From a virus (lineage: Duplodnaviria; Caudoviricetes), in IMG/VR virus record IMGVR_UViG_3300032092_000001: a stretch of 64,000 nt of DNA; one strand, written 5' to 3'. How positions within the stretch are numbered: position 1 is the stretch's first letter; each line of letters begins with the position of its first letter. The translations under genes and the position numbers were made by a program. The notes beneath the pieces were generated by a model. That model did no database searches. It had not been told where the DNA came from and saw only the letters and a list, made by a program, of their open reading frames with translations. Positions 7,056 to 14,930 of this stretch are shown here, piece after piece.

Positions 7056-8625
7056 TTAATACCACGTGTCCTTTTTCTACGTGTCCAATTCCTCTGTCGT
7101 CCCTATACGTCATTATCCAGTTATAAACACCTGTCTGACAATAGTACCCACTACCATCATTACCATTCCAAGTTTGGTTTAATGATTTAATATTATAAAC
7201 CATCATACCATCTCTACTGTAAATCTTCATATCAGGTTCATAAACTGACATACCAGCAATTTTAAACACGTCGTTGAATCCATCATTATTTGGTGTAAAT
7301 GAATTGGGAACATACAATCTATAACAAGTGTTTGTTCTAATGGTGATTGCATTTAACTCACTCTCACAACCCAAAGTATCAGTTCCATAAACTGTAATGG
7401 TATGGTCCATAGTCGTGTCAGGCCAAAGAACATTTAATTCAAAGTCAGTATCAGGTTGTAAAACACCATCAACATGCCAAGTATATTCAATACCAACACT
7501 ATCAGGAGCCAAATAAGTTTGGTTATAAGGGTCAGTACAGAAATCAATGAAGTTTGATTGAGCAAATATTTCAGGAGCTTCAAACTTTGGTCTCACATAA
7601 ATCTCAACGGAATCAACAACAGGACACCCATATATGTTAACAAAATACAATGAATAATATGTACCTGAATTAAACCCAGTGAAAACATTCCCAACCAAAT
7701 TCTCTCCATTCCAAAATCCACCTGAAGGACTTGCTGATAACTGAACCGTCTCTTCCAAACAGATACCAATATTGTCTTGGCCAAATGTAATTAAAGTATC
7801 CACAACAGTAATTGTTGTATCAATAATATCACCAATACATCCATCAACAGTTGTTTCTTGTACAGATATTACATAATCACCTGGTACCCCACCCCATTCA
7901 ACATCAATACTATTTGTTCCGTTGTCAGTCATAGTACCTCCACCAGAAATAGTCCAATCATATGTTGAACCAACAGTATTTACAACTGAATATGTTTCAA
8001 CAAGTCCAACACATATCGTATCCATTGGAACATCAATAGGTGAAGTTACAACATCACCTCCAAGAACAGTTCCATTGAATACTTGAAACGGAGAATCAAA
8101 ACAAGACTCGGTTCCCCAACTACCCATAGTTCCATCAGCATAAGGAGTAACCTCAATCAACAACGACAAAGGGTCACACTCATCAGTAACTTGTAACTGA
8201 ACACAAAAAGACCATAGACAATCAAGACCAAAATCCCCCCAATCATTACCAGGGTTTCCATCAGTAGGTCCTTGAGGTCCCTCATAGAAATAACCCGGTC
8301 CAACAGTTAATGTCCCATCATTATTTGTAACACTTTCAGACCATAACCATTGTTGAGGTGGTACCGCTCCACCACAATCATCAGGTCCTGAAATAGGACT
8401 GTGTGATACCCATCCCGGTCCCAAAGTCAATCCAAACCCCTCAATCCAATTGGACCCAAAGTTAGTTCCATTCCAACCGTTCATCGTGTAACACATAGTT
8501 ACAACAGTTTCCGGTTCATAAGTCCCATTAGTAGGTGATGGCGTTAATGTAAAAGATTGGACCCCAGCACATTGTGAAAGGACAATATTGGGGATTAATA
8601 ATAGGAAAAATAGGATTGTTCTCAT
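7048..8625 (-). CDS. Secreted protein with gliding-motility-associated (T9SS type-B / CHU_C) C-terminal domain and PKD/Ig-like repeats
   Basis: Signal peptide MRTILFFLLLIPNIVLSQC; C-terminus LYVPNSFTPNNDGFNDVFKI...IYSRDG...WNG...GVY...KGHVVLIR. Confidence 0.85.
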   Translation of the reverse strand: MRTILFFLLLIPNIVLSQCAGVQSFTLTPSPTNGTYEPETVVTMCYTMNGWNGTNFGSNWIEGFGLTLGPGWVSHSPISGPDDCGGAVPPQQWLWSESVTNNDGTLTVGPGYFYEGPQGPTDGNPGNDWGDFGLDCLWSFCVQLQVTDECDPLSLLIEVTPYADGTMGSWGTESCFDSPFQVFNGTVLGGDVVTSPIDVPMDTICVGLVETYSVVNTVGSTYDWTISGGGTMTDNGTNSIDVEWGGVPGDYVISVQETTVDGCIGDIIDTTITVVDTLITFGQDNIGICLEETVQLSASPSGGFWNGENLVGNVFTGFNSGTYYSLYFVNIYGCPVVDSVEIYVRPKFEAPEIFAQSNFIDFCTDPYNQTYLAPDSVGIEYTWHVDGVLQPDTDFELNVLWPDTTMDHTITVYGTDTLGCESELNAITIRTNTCYRLYVPNSFTPNNDGFNDVFKIAGMSVYEPDMKIYSRDGMMVYNIKSLNQTWNGNDGSGYYCQTGVYNWIMTYRDDRGIGHVEKGHVVLIR

Positions 8626-8669
8626 GCCGATAAATATCAACATAGATACAAATAAGATTATAATAGTTG

Positions 8670-8747
8670 TACCCCCTGAGAGACTCGAACTCTCACCCTA
8701 AGACATCGTTCTAAGCGATGCGCGTCTGCCTATTCCGCCAAGGGGGC
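8670..8747 (-). tRNA. tRNA-Leu(TAG), short variable arm
   Basis: GCCCCCT/AGGGGGT acceptor + A73; GCGGAATAGGCAGACGC D-arm; CATCG-CTTAGAA-CGATG; GAGAG-TTCGAGT-CTCTC. Confidence 0.88.
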
Positions 8748-8749
8748 AA

Positions 8750-8961
8750 ATTCCCCACCCTGAGATTATGGTGAGTAGTCATATCGGTTTTTTCCTATTT
8801 GTAAAAACCTGATGGGCATCCCCGTTAAAAAAAGTCAGACTACGTGGCGGTGTGTCAGGACCGTTACTCCACGGCTGGGTACTATCGGCATTTCCCAGTC
8901 TATACCGAGTCCATTGTTAAATGAGTCTTGGACCAAAGACTGTTGAGTATCTCTTACTCAT
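8750..8961 (-). ncRNA. Candidate ~210-nt RNA with tandem H-type pseudoknots between two tRNA genes
   Basis: AGUCU/AGACU with loop GGUCCA pairing UGGACU; CGGUAU/AUGCCG with loop CUGGG pairing CCCAG; CGUGG/CCACG; AUC.GGUUUUU/AAAAACCGAU; CACC/GGUG. Confidence 0.5.
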
Positions 8962-8963
8962 TG

Positions 8964-9039
8964 CAATCAGAACAGGATTCGAACCTGTGAATCACTCTCT
9001 TTCAAAGAGAGTTGTGTTTCCCTATCTCACTACCTGACT
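8964..9039 (-). tRNA. tRNA-like gene with register-ambiguous anticodon (TTG Gln or TGA Ser in a short-variable-arm body)
   Basis: AGTCAGG/TCTGATT acceptor; ACTCTCTTTGAAAGAGAGT anticodon arm; ACAGG-TTCGAAT-CCTGT T-arm identical to that of 428-542. Confidence 0.65.
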
Positions 9040-9053
9040 ATGTTTTTAATCTC

Positions 9054-9075
9054 TCAAAGAACTTCAACAAAGATA
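9054..9075 (-). promoter_or_regulatory. Bacteroidota-type -7 promoter element followed by boxA-like sequence, heading the tRNA/ncRNA operon
   Basis: TATCTTTG (9075-9068) then AAGTTCTTTGA (9064-9054). Confidence 0.6.
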
Positions 9076-9086
9076 TGGTAACTTTT

Positions 9087-9389
9087 TCATTCCACCAAAT
9101 CTTTTTCCACATCTTCATACCATTCTTCAACCGCAAATAATAATTGAATAAACTCACCATCTTCATCCGATTCATACTTAACATGGAACCCACCTGTTGA
9201 TATATTTGTTTTTTCCTCAAACGCCATTTTTAATAATCGTCTTGCTTCTTGTCTCAATTCAGGAACAGTAGGAATACCTTCTTCAGAAGCCACCCACTCC
9301 CAATTTAATGATTCCATTACTTTTTGGACTTGTTCAAACTTGAAGTAGTCCATTATGTTGTCAATCGCGACTTGTTGTTTCGGTGTCAT
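9087..9389 (-). CDS. Hypothetical protein (100 aa)
   Basis: Start set at MTPKQQ, just after the upstream gene's stop. Confidence 0.75.
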   Translation of the reverse strand: MTPKQQVAIDNIMDYFKFEQVQKVMESLNWEWVASEEGIPTVPELRQEARRLLKMAFEEKTNISTGGFHVKYESDEDGEFIQLLFAVEEWYEDVEKDLVE

Positions 9390-9390
9390 A

Positions 9391-9888
9391 TTATTTATTT
9401 TTTTTATTAATACTCTTTTGTTTCGCATCTTTCACCATCTTAATCATCTTCTCCCCAACTGAAAGATGAGTTTTAGTTTCCCCATCATCCATATTCATTA
9501 AATCAATAAGAATTTCCTTTTGTTTTTCTTTCTTCGCCATCTCAATCATCTTCTTAATAACCGCAATGTTTCCTTCTCTCTTATCTTTGAAGAAATCAAA
9601 AACCATTGGTGGAAACTTCCAACTCTTAATAGAGTAGTCAAATCCCAAAATCTCATTTGGTGTGGTGTCAGTTCTAATATCCACAAAATATGAATAATTC
9701 TCTTCAAACCATCTGAATGCTTGTGAGTAGGTTGGTGTGTCAACAGTAAATGAATCTTTTGTAACAAGCGGTCTTGAATAATACTCTAACTTTTCGGTTG
9801 AAGTACTATATCCTACAAAACAAGTTTCATCAAATCCAAGATTCTTGAGTTCTAATGCTAACTCATATGTAACAAATTCTTTTTCCAT
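9391..9888 (-). CDS. Hypothetical protein (165 aa)
   Basis: ORF track; MEKEFVTYELALELKNLGFDE phage-type N-terminus; TAtcTTTG upstream. Confidence 0.8.
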   Translation of the reverse strand: MEKEFVTYELALELKNLGFDETCFVGYSTSTEKLEYYSRPLVTKDSFTVDTPTYSQAFRWFEENYSYFVDIRTDTTPNEILGFDYSIKSWKFPPMVFDFFKDKREGNIAVIKKMIEMAKKEKQKEILIDLMNMDDGETKTHLSVGEKMIKMVKDAKQKSINKKNK

Positions 9889-9986
9889 AGGACAAAGATA
9901 AGAAAAAAAAATAATTAAACAAAAAAATAGAGTGTAGTAGGGCTGCAGTCCCCTGAGGCTCCTACACTAAGTTGTTCCTCTTTATT

Positions 9987-10463
9987 TTAAATTTTTATTT
10001 CAAAATGGATAAAATTATAGTCACCTTCAAATACTTCAATGTTATATGACATTCCTTCACTCGTCCTTTTCTTAATTGACAGGAGTCCTATTCCAGCACC
10101 ACCCTTTTCACTAAATTCAGAATTTTGTAACCTATTTAATATTTTTTCTTTTATTTCCTCATCAGTAGAACTTAAAACACAATCCATTCTCTTTTCCAAC
10201 TCTTCCGTCTTTTCTTTGGAGATTAGGTTTCCTGTCTTTATTGTGTACGAGTCTTCGTTTTTAATTAATTCAAAGTATGACTTGGTATCACCGTTTGAAT
10301 CTTTGTCGGAGTGATGAACCACGTTTTGTAGTGACTCAACAATTAAGAAACAAATCTTTCTGATTAGTGCTGGTTTTTCATCAAATGTATTAACACTCTG
10401 AATTACACCGTCAATGTATTCAGGTGTAATGTTTCCGTGGTATGAAAGTAAAGTGTTATTCAT
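9987..10463 (-). CDS. SiaB-family (DUF6272) GHKL-type protein kinase-like protein
   Basis: FLIVESLQNVVHHS (N-box) and SEKGGAGIGLLSI (G-box). Confidence 0.7.
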   Translation of the reverse strand: MNNTLLSYHGNITPEYIDGVIQSVNTFDEKPALIRKICFLIVESLQNVVHHSDKDSNGDTKSYFELIKNEDSYTIKTGNLISKEKTEELEKRMDCVLSSTDEEIKEKILNRLQNSEFSEKGGAGIGLLSIKKRTSEGMSYNIEVFEGDYNFIHFEIKI

Positions 10464-10535
10464 GTGATTTGTGTTAGTATACAAATATACTACATATAAA
10501 TAGAAAAGGTTACAAAGAAAGAATTAAAAGATTTG

Positions 10536-11087
10536 TTAAATATAATTGATATCTTCTACAACATAGGTAAATCCAGTATAATCAGTAATTTCCTGTTCTA
10601 TGATTTTATAAATTACATCATCAGCTTCACTATGAACTTCCATTCCTATCTCATCATCCCACATTGCATCCGATAAATCACGAACTCCACCATCTACCAT
10701 AATTAAATCCACCTCACCACCAGGTAAAACATCAACCTCCAATAATAATTGATTCATATCTCTATCAACAATATTAACTTTGAATTGGAAGTCATATCCA
10801 CCTGATATTTCAGGGTAGTCAGATGTGTTAAATACTTTACTAACCCTATTGTCAGCCGCCTTGTATATACCATTACCCAAAAACTCCCTTAATGACCTAA
10901 GTAATCTATCATGAGCTGTTGAGTATTTTTTAATACCTAAAAAAATAAGTAATCCACCGTCAATATGCGGGTCCTCACCTCTTGCAATTTGTTTTTTAAA
11001 CCAATTGGTTGAGACCTTTTTAAGGGTTTCCTCGTTCATTTCTTTTATGATTTGTCTATGTTGAGATTCCGTGATGACGTATTTCAT
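10536..11087 (-). CDS. Hypothetical protein, putative head-packaged
   Basis: MKYVITESQ...IIKE N-terminus; TATTTAT upstream. Confidence 0.8.
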   Translation of the reverse strand: MKYVITESQHRQIIKEMNEETLKKVSTNWFKKQIARGEDPHIDGGLLIFLGIKKYSTAHDRLLRSLREFLGNGIYKAADNRVSKVFNTSDYPEISGGYDFQFKVNIVDRDMNQLLLEVDVLPGGEVDLIMVDGGVRDLSDAMWDDEIGMEVHSEADDVIYKIIEQEITDYTGFTYVVEDINYI

Positions 11088-11099
11088 ATATCATAAATA

Positions 11100-11672
11100 T
11101 TACCCTTGTAAGAAAGATAATATTTTTTCTTTCACCCCAACTTGTTTGATACCCTCATTGTTCAAAGGTGTATGAACGAAATTATCTAAACCCCATTCGT
11201 GCTCAAATTCCATTGAGTAATGTATCCCTATCTTTCTCATATCCAAATCATCAATTGCAACCCAATGAGTTACTTCGGGATGCTCCTTTAACCATTCTTG
11301 GATTTGTATGCTTCTTGTCCCTTCCAAATCCCAATTTCGGTGCCATGTAACTTTTTCACCATCAATCACATTTGTTGTGAAATCAATTGGTCGTTTGATG
11401 ATACCTTGTTTCTCATAGTAATCCCCCATCTCTTCAACTGAGCACCAAACTTTCCAATCGGAAGATACAACGATTTCTGCACCGGTCTGTTCCAAGATTT
11501 CATTCAATACCTTGATTGACTTCTTGTCAAAGTTATCAAAACGAGCATCAAGAGGCATTGTCATCACTGATTGACTCAATTTTTTTCTATACTTCTTTTG
11601 TTTTGTAAATCGTGACCCAAAGTTATTGTTTAGACAGATAACTCCATCGTGGTCTAAAAATATAACTTTCAT
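11100..11672 (-). CDS. HAD-domain protein of the Swiss-Army-Knife RNA-repair type
   Basis: MKVIFLDHDGV, IVVSSDWK, WVAIDD motifs. Confidence 0.8.
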   Translation of the reverse strand: MKVIFLDHDGVICLNNNFGSRFTKQKKYRKKLSQSVMTMPLDARFDNFDKKSIKVLNEILEQTGAEIVVSSDWKVWCSVEEMGDYYEKQGIIKRPIDFTTNVIDGEKVTWHRNWDLEGTRSIQIQEWLKEHPEVTHWVAIDDLDMRKIGIHYSMEFEHEWGLDNFVHTPLNNEGIKQVGVKEKILSFLQG

Positions 11673-11673
11673 A

Positions 11674-11844
11674 TTATTTCTTTTTGGAGAGTCTCTCTCG
11701 GTTGGTTTGTTTCTTTTCAGGCGGATGTTTATACTTAATCTCAACTGAAATTGGTCCGTTCTTGAACTTTGTTAAATCATAAGTCCAAACGGTAACCGCC
11801 TCATCATCTTCGTAAACTTGTTGGTATTGTTCTTTTTTACTCAT
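11674..11844 (-). CDS. Hypothetical protein (56 aa)
   Basis: Hand-translated MSKKEQYQQVYEDDEAVTVWTYDLTKFKNGPISVEIKY...; promoter motif upstream. Confidence 0.6.
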   Translation of the reverse strand: MSKKEQYQQVYEDDEAVTVWTYDLTKFKNGPISVEIKYKHPPEKKQTNRERLSKKK

Positions 11845-11865
11845 AACGAGCACAAAGATACGAAA

Positions 11866-12294
11866 CTATTTTGAATTATCCAAATTAACCAATGAAACAA
11901 AATCTTCATTTGGTTCAAATTCAATGGTGTCAATGACAACGTTCATATTAATATTGAAGAACTTTAAAAAAGATTCAATATCTTGACCCGTCTGAACGGA
12001 GAACTCAAACCAGTTGTTTGATACTGACTCTCTACCAGCAATTCTTTGATTTTTGAAATGGGTAAGATATAAATTAACCATTCCTTCCCCATTTACAATT
12101 TTAACCGAAATAAAAAGATGGTCTTTCCATTCTCCAATTGAAATCAATCTTTTAACTCCATCAATATGAAATTGGTAGTAAACCTTTACAGGGTCATTAT
12201 TGAACCTGACATAATGGTCGTAAACAAAAGTTTTACCTTCAATAAACTTATTTATTCTATTTATATCTTTCTCAGTCATTTCTTTCAATAGCAT
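11866..12294 (-). CDS. Hypothetical protein (142 aa)
   Basis: ORF track; last gene of the 14540-headed operon. Confidence 0.75.
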   Translation of the reverse strand: MLLKEMTEKDINRINKFIEGKTFVYDHYVRFNNDPVKVYYQFHIDGVKRLISIGEWKDHLFISVKIVNGEGMVNLYLTHFKNQRIAGRESVSNNWFEFSVQTGQDIESFLKFFNINMNVVIDTIEFEPNEDFVSLVNLDNSK

Positions 12295-13339
12295 TTAACC
12301 TGGCGTAGTTTCTTTTTAACTTGGTTCCAGCATTATTGATTCTTGTTTCAAACTTTTTAAACAACTCTAAAATGTTTTTAGTTTTAAAAACTTCATCTTT
12401 CATTAATTCCTCCTCGCTTGTGATATCATCACCTCTCTCACTTTTAACATATTGTAGATATTGTTTTAAATAAAACTTATGTAAATTTTTGATGTGGAAT
12501 AAAACAGCTTCAGGACTTCTTTCCATCGTGGCATTATACAGTTCATCAAACATTTGCTCACCACTATAGTTCTCCATAGCTTCAGCAATCTTATATTGTT
12601 TTCCGTTTTTGAACTCTTCCCACGACATTCTTAATAACTTAGAATAAGCTTCTTGTATGTTTGCGTTAACTTCCCATGGTTCTGAATAATACAAGTAGTC
12701 CAAAAATTTAGCGTAAACTCTAAATATCTTTTTGGGTGTGTTAACATTTCTTCCACCGGCAAATGATTTTGCCAAACTAAATTCACTACTACCAGTGTTT
12801 AATATTCTGTTATAAAACTCATACATATGATTCAATTCATGTGTAATGGTATCTCTTAAATCATACAATAACTCATCAATATCTTTATCATCAAATTCTT
12901 GGTTGATGAATACTTCAAAATCAAATTTTGCTTGTATTACCTTGTCAACTTCTTTAAGTACTGAAACAGGTAAATCTTCATCAGGTTCTTTAATTTGAGA
13001 AGCCCCTGAACCATCGGTAGTTAACGGATAAGCAGCCCCACCAGTTGTGAACATTAACCCATTTTCAGGTTTTTTCTTAGTGACTTTAAAAACCAAATCA
13101 ACCTCAATCATTTCTATCGGGAAATCGTAAAAGGTATTCATATTACCTTTAAAATCTTTTAAAATCTCATCACTCTCAACATAAAATTCATCAGTATCAT
13201 TTTTCCTAACCGCAATCATTTCAATCACTTTTGGTTCAATAATACTATACAAAAGATTCACATATGCCAATGACGCCTCACTAACCCCTAATGATTCATT
13301 AATATTTTTTAGTTGTTGTTCTTTTAAAATTATTTTCAT
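12272..13339 (-). CDS. Putative zinc metallopeptidase (HExxH), putative head-packaged
   Basis: THELNHMYE and downstream EPWEVNA; N-terminus MKIILKEQQLKNINE. Confidence 0.6.
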   Translation of the reverse strand: MKIILKEQQLKNINESLGVSEASLAYVNLLYSIIEPKVIEMIAVRKNDTDEFYVESDEILKDFKGNMNTFYDFPIEMIEVDLVFKVTKKKPENGLMFTTGGAAYPLTTDGSGASQIKEPDEDLPVSVLKEVDKVIQAKFDFEVFINQEFDDKDIDELLYDLRDTITHELNHMYEFYNRILNTGSSEFSLAKSFAGGRNVNTPKKIFRVYAKFLDYLYYSEPWEVNANIQEAYSKLLRMSWEEFKNGKQYKIAEAMENYSGEQMFDELYNATMERSPEAVLFHIKNLHKFYLKQYLQYVKSERGDDITSEEELMKDEVFKTKNILELFKKFETRINNAGTKLKRNYARLNAIERND

Positions 13340-14214
13340 TATAGTAAGTCGTTAACTATTTGTTTAAATTGTTCTTTATTCTTCACAATCCAATTTAATA
13401 TGTCAGGTCGTACCTTATTTGAGAATGGTCCAAATATTTTTGACACCTCAACTTCATCGGAAGAAATTGTTAAAAATTCATCGTACTCTTTCTGACTAAT
13501 AGTTGGTATTATGATTTTAAAACTATCACCAAATTCAGAGAATGTTTTAAAACTAACTCTTAATTCATTTGAACCCTTTTTTCTTGGGTTGTATATATTC
13601 TTAGCATTACTGAATAATTCAACCGCCTGATTTTTAGTGATATAGTAAGTAACCAAATTATTTCCAACTTTTGTAGTCACTGCCGTTATATCAACAAGCA
13701 TTGACTCTAAAATTTGTTTTTTAAACTCTGTTAACTCATCATCATTAATTAAAAAAAGATTGGTTCCACTAACCCCGTACTTTTCCAATACGTTCTTAAT
13801 AATCGTAATGTTATCACCACCAAGTTGATTTAATATACTGGTAAAGCTACCAATTGATGGGTTCTCAGATGTGTCATTTATATATTTTTGTTCTACCTGT
13901 CCTTGTCTTACTTGGTAGTCCCATAAACCACTTTTAGATTCATTCAATACTCCGTCAAATAAACCCGCCATTAATCCCTCAATCGCATGTCCCCTAACTT
14001 CAGTATACTTAACAACCCTGTTGATATAGTCTTTAAATCTCATCTTATTCACAGCATCCATCTCATTTAAATCAACATCTTCACCAAAGACGTAAGTTAT
14101 CTTTTTTGATTTCAGAATGTTTTGAATAACCTGAGCCGCTTCCTGTTTTATAATAGGAATTGGGTTATACAAATAGAAATATCTACTATCTTCAGATATT
14201 ATTTTTTTCTTCAT
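13339..14214 (-). CDS. Hypothetical protein, possible PD-(D/E)XK nuclease fold
   Basis: E...WDYQVRQGQVEQK gives D-x8-E-x-K; N-terminus MKKKIISE. Confidence 0.5.
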   Translation of the reverse strand: MKKKIISEDSRYFYLYNPIPIIKQEAAQVIQNILKSKKITYVFGEDVDLNEMDAVNKMRFKDYINRVVKYTEVRGHAIEGLMAGLFDGVLNESKSGLWDYQVRQGQVEQKYINDTSENPSIGSFTSILNQLGGDNITIIKNVLEKYGVSGTNLFLINDDELTEFKKQILESMLVDITAVTTKVGNNLVTYYITKNQAVELFSNAKNIYNPRKKGSNELRVSFKTFSEFGDSFKIIIPTISQKEYDEFLTISSDEVEVSKIFGPFSNKVRPDILNWIVKNKEQFKQIVNDLL

Positions 14215-14540
14215 TATTTACCAATAACTAATTCATTGTAATTTAAAGTCTCCATACCTTTCATATCTTCAACCGCTTCATCATACATATACGATTTAAC
14301 AACAGAAACAATTGACTGTTCAGCTTGAGCGATTTTTGTTTCCATCCAATCATCTAGTTCCTCATCTTCTTCCATAATCTCCCACATACTCATAGCCAAA
14401 GTTGCAATTGTAAACAACTGTTGTTTTGCCATGTAATTTCCATCTTTACCCTCTTTTATCTCGGTATTGATTTCAGTTTCTTTTAATAAACCTTCTTGTA
14501 TTTTCTTTAATTGACTTTCAGTGAAAACATATTTAGCCAT
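14214..14540 (-). CDS. Conserved phage protein (108 aa), putative head-associated
   Basis: MAKYVFTESQLKKIQEGLLKE; ELDDWMETKI motif; TATTTAT upstream. Confidence 0.75.
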   Translation of the reverse strand: MAKYVFTESQLKKIQEGLLKETEINTEIKEGKDGNYMAKQQLFTIATLAMSMWEIMEEDEELDDWMETKIAQAEQSIVSVVKSYMYDEAVEDMKGMETLNYNELVIGK

Positions 14541-14575
14541 AATATTCTATTTTTATATAAATACAATGGAAAATA

Positions 14576-14602
14576 AAAAAAGGGAACAATTGTTCCCTTT
14601 TT
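14576..14602. terminator. Intrinsic terminator (symmetrical)
   Basis: AAAAAAGGGAAC-AATT-GTTCCCTTTTT. Confidence 0.75.
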
Positions 14603-14646
14603 GAGCCCTACTCGGATGAGAGGTCCACCACTTTGTAAAACAAAGA

Positions 14647-14907
14647 TTATTTAATTTCCGCAACCTTAGCTAATACTTGGTCCGAGTAACTAACAAGTTC
14701 AGTTTCAGTAGTAATCAAACATTCTGACAATATCTTGAATGGGATGTGAAATAAAGTATGCGACACATCAAAATATCTAAATGCTTTCTCATTATCAATA
14801 GAGTCATTTACCATCTTCAAGAAAAGTTTAGTTTGTACCGCATCGGTGAAACCCATAGTTAAGATTTTACCGTATTTTTCGTGTTGGATATTCAATGTTG
14901 TAATCAT
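14647..14907 (-). CDS. Hypothetical protein (86 aa)
   Basis: ORF track. Confidence 0.7.
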   Translation of the reverse strand: MITTLNIQHEKYGKILTMGFTDAVQTKLFLKMVNDSIDNEKAFRYFDVSHTLFHIPFKILSECLITTETELVSYSDQVLAKVAEIK

Positions 14908-14930
14908 AACACAAAAGTACTACAAAACTT

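Noticed and set aside
8750-8961. tmRNA or HDV-like (theta) ribozyme identity for the pseudoknot RNA
   Set aside because: No Ala acceptor with G3-U70, no 3' T-arm and no tag ORF; no nested P1/P3/P1.1 HDV topology could be built right after the tRNA 3' end.
9931-9968. Hairpin AGTGTAG/CTACACT with GC-rich interior
   Set aside because: Most simply the terminator of the SiaB-like gene (T-run follows on the minus strand); too short to argue for more.
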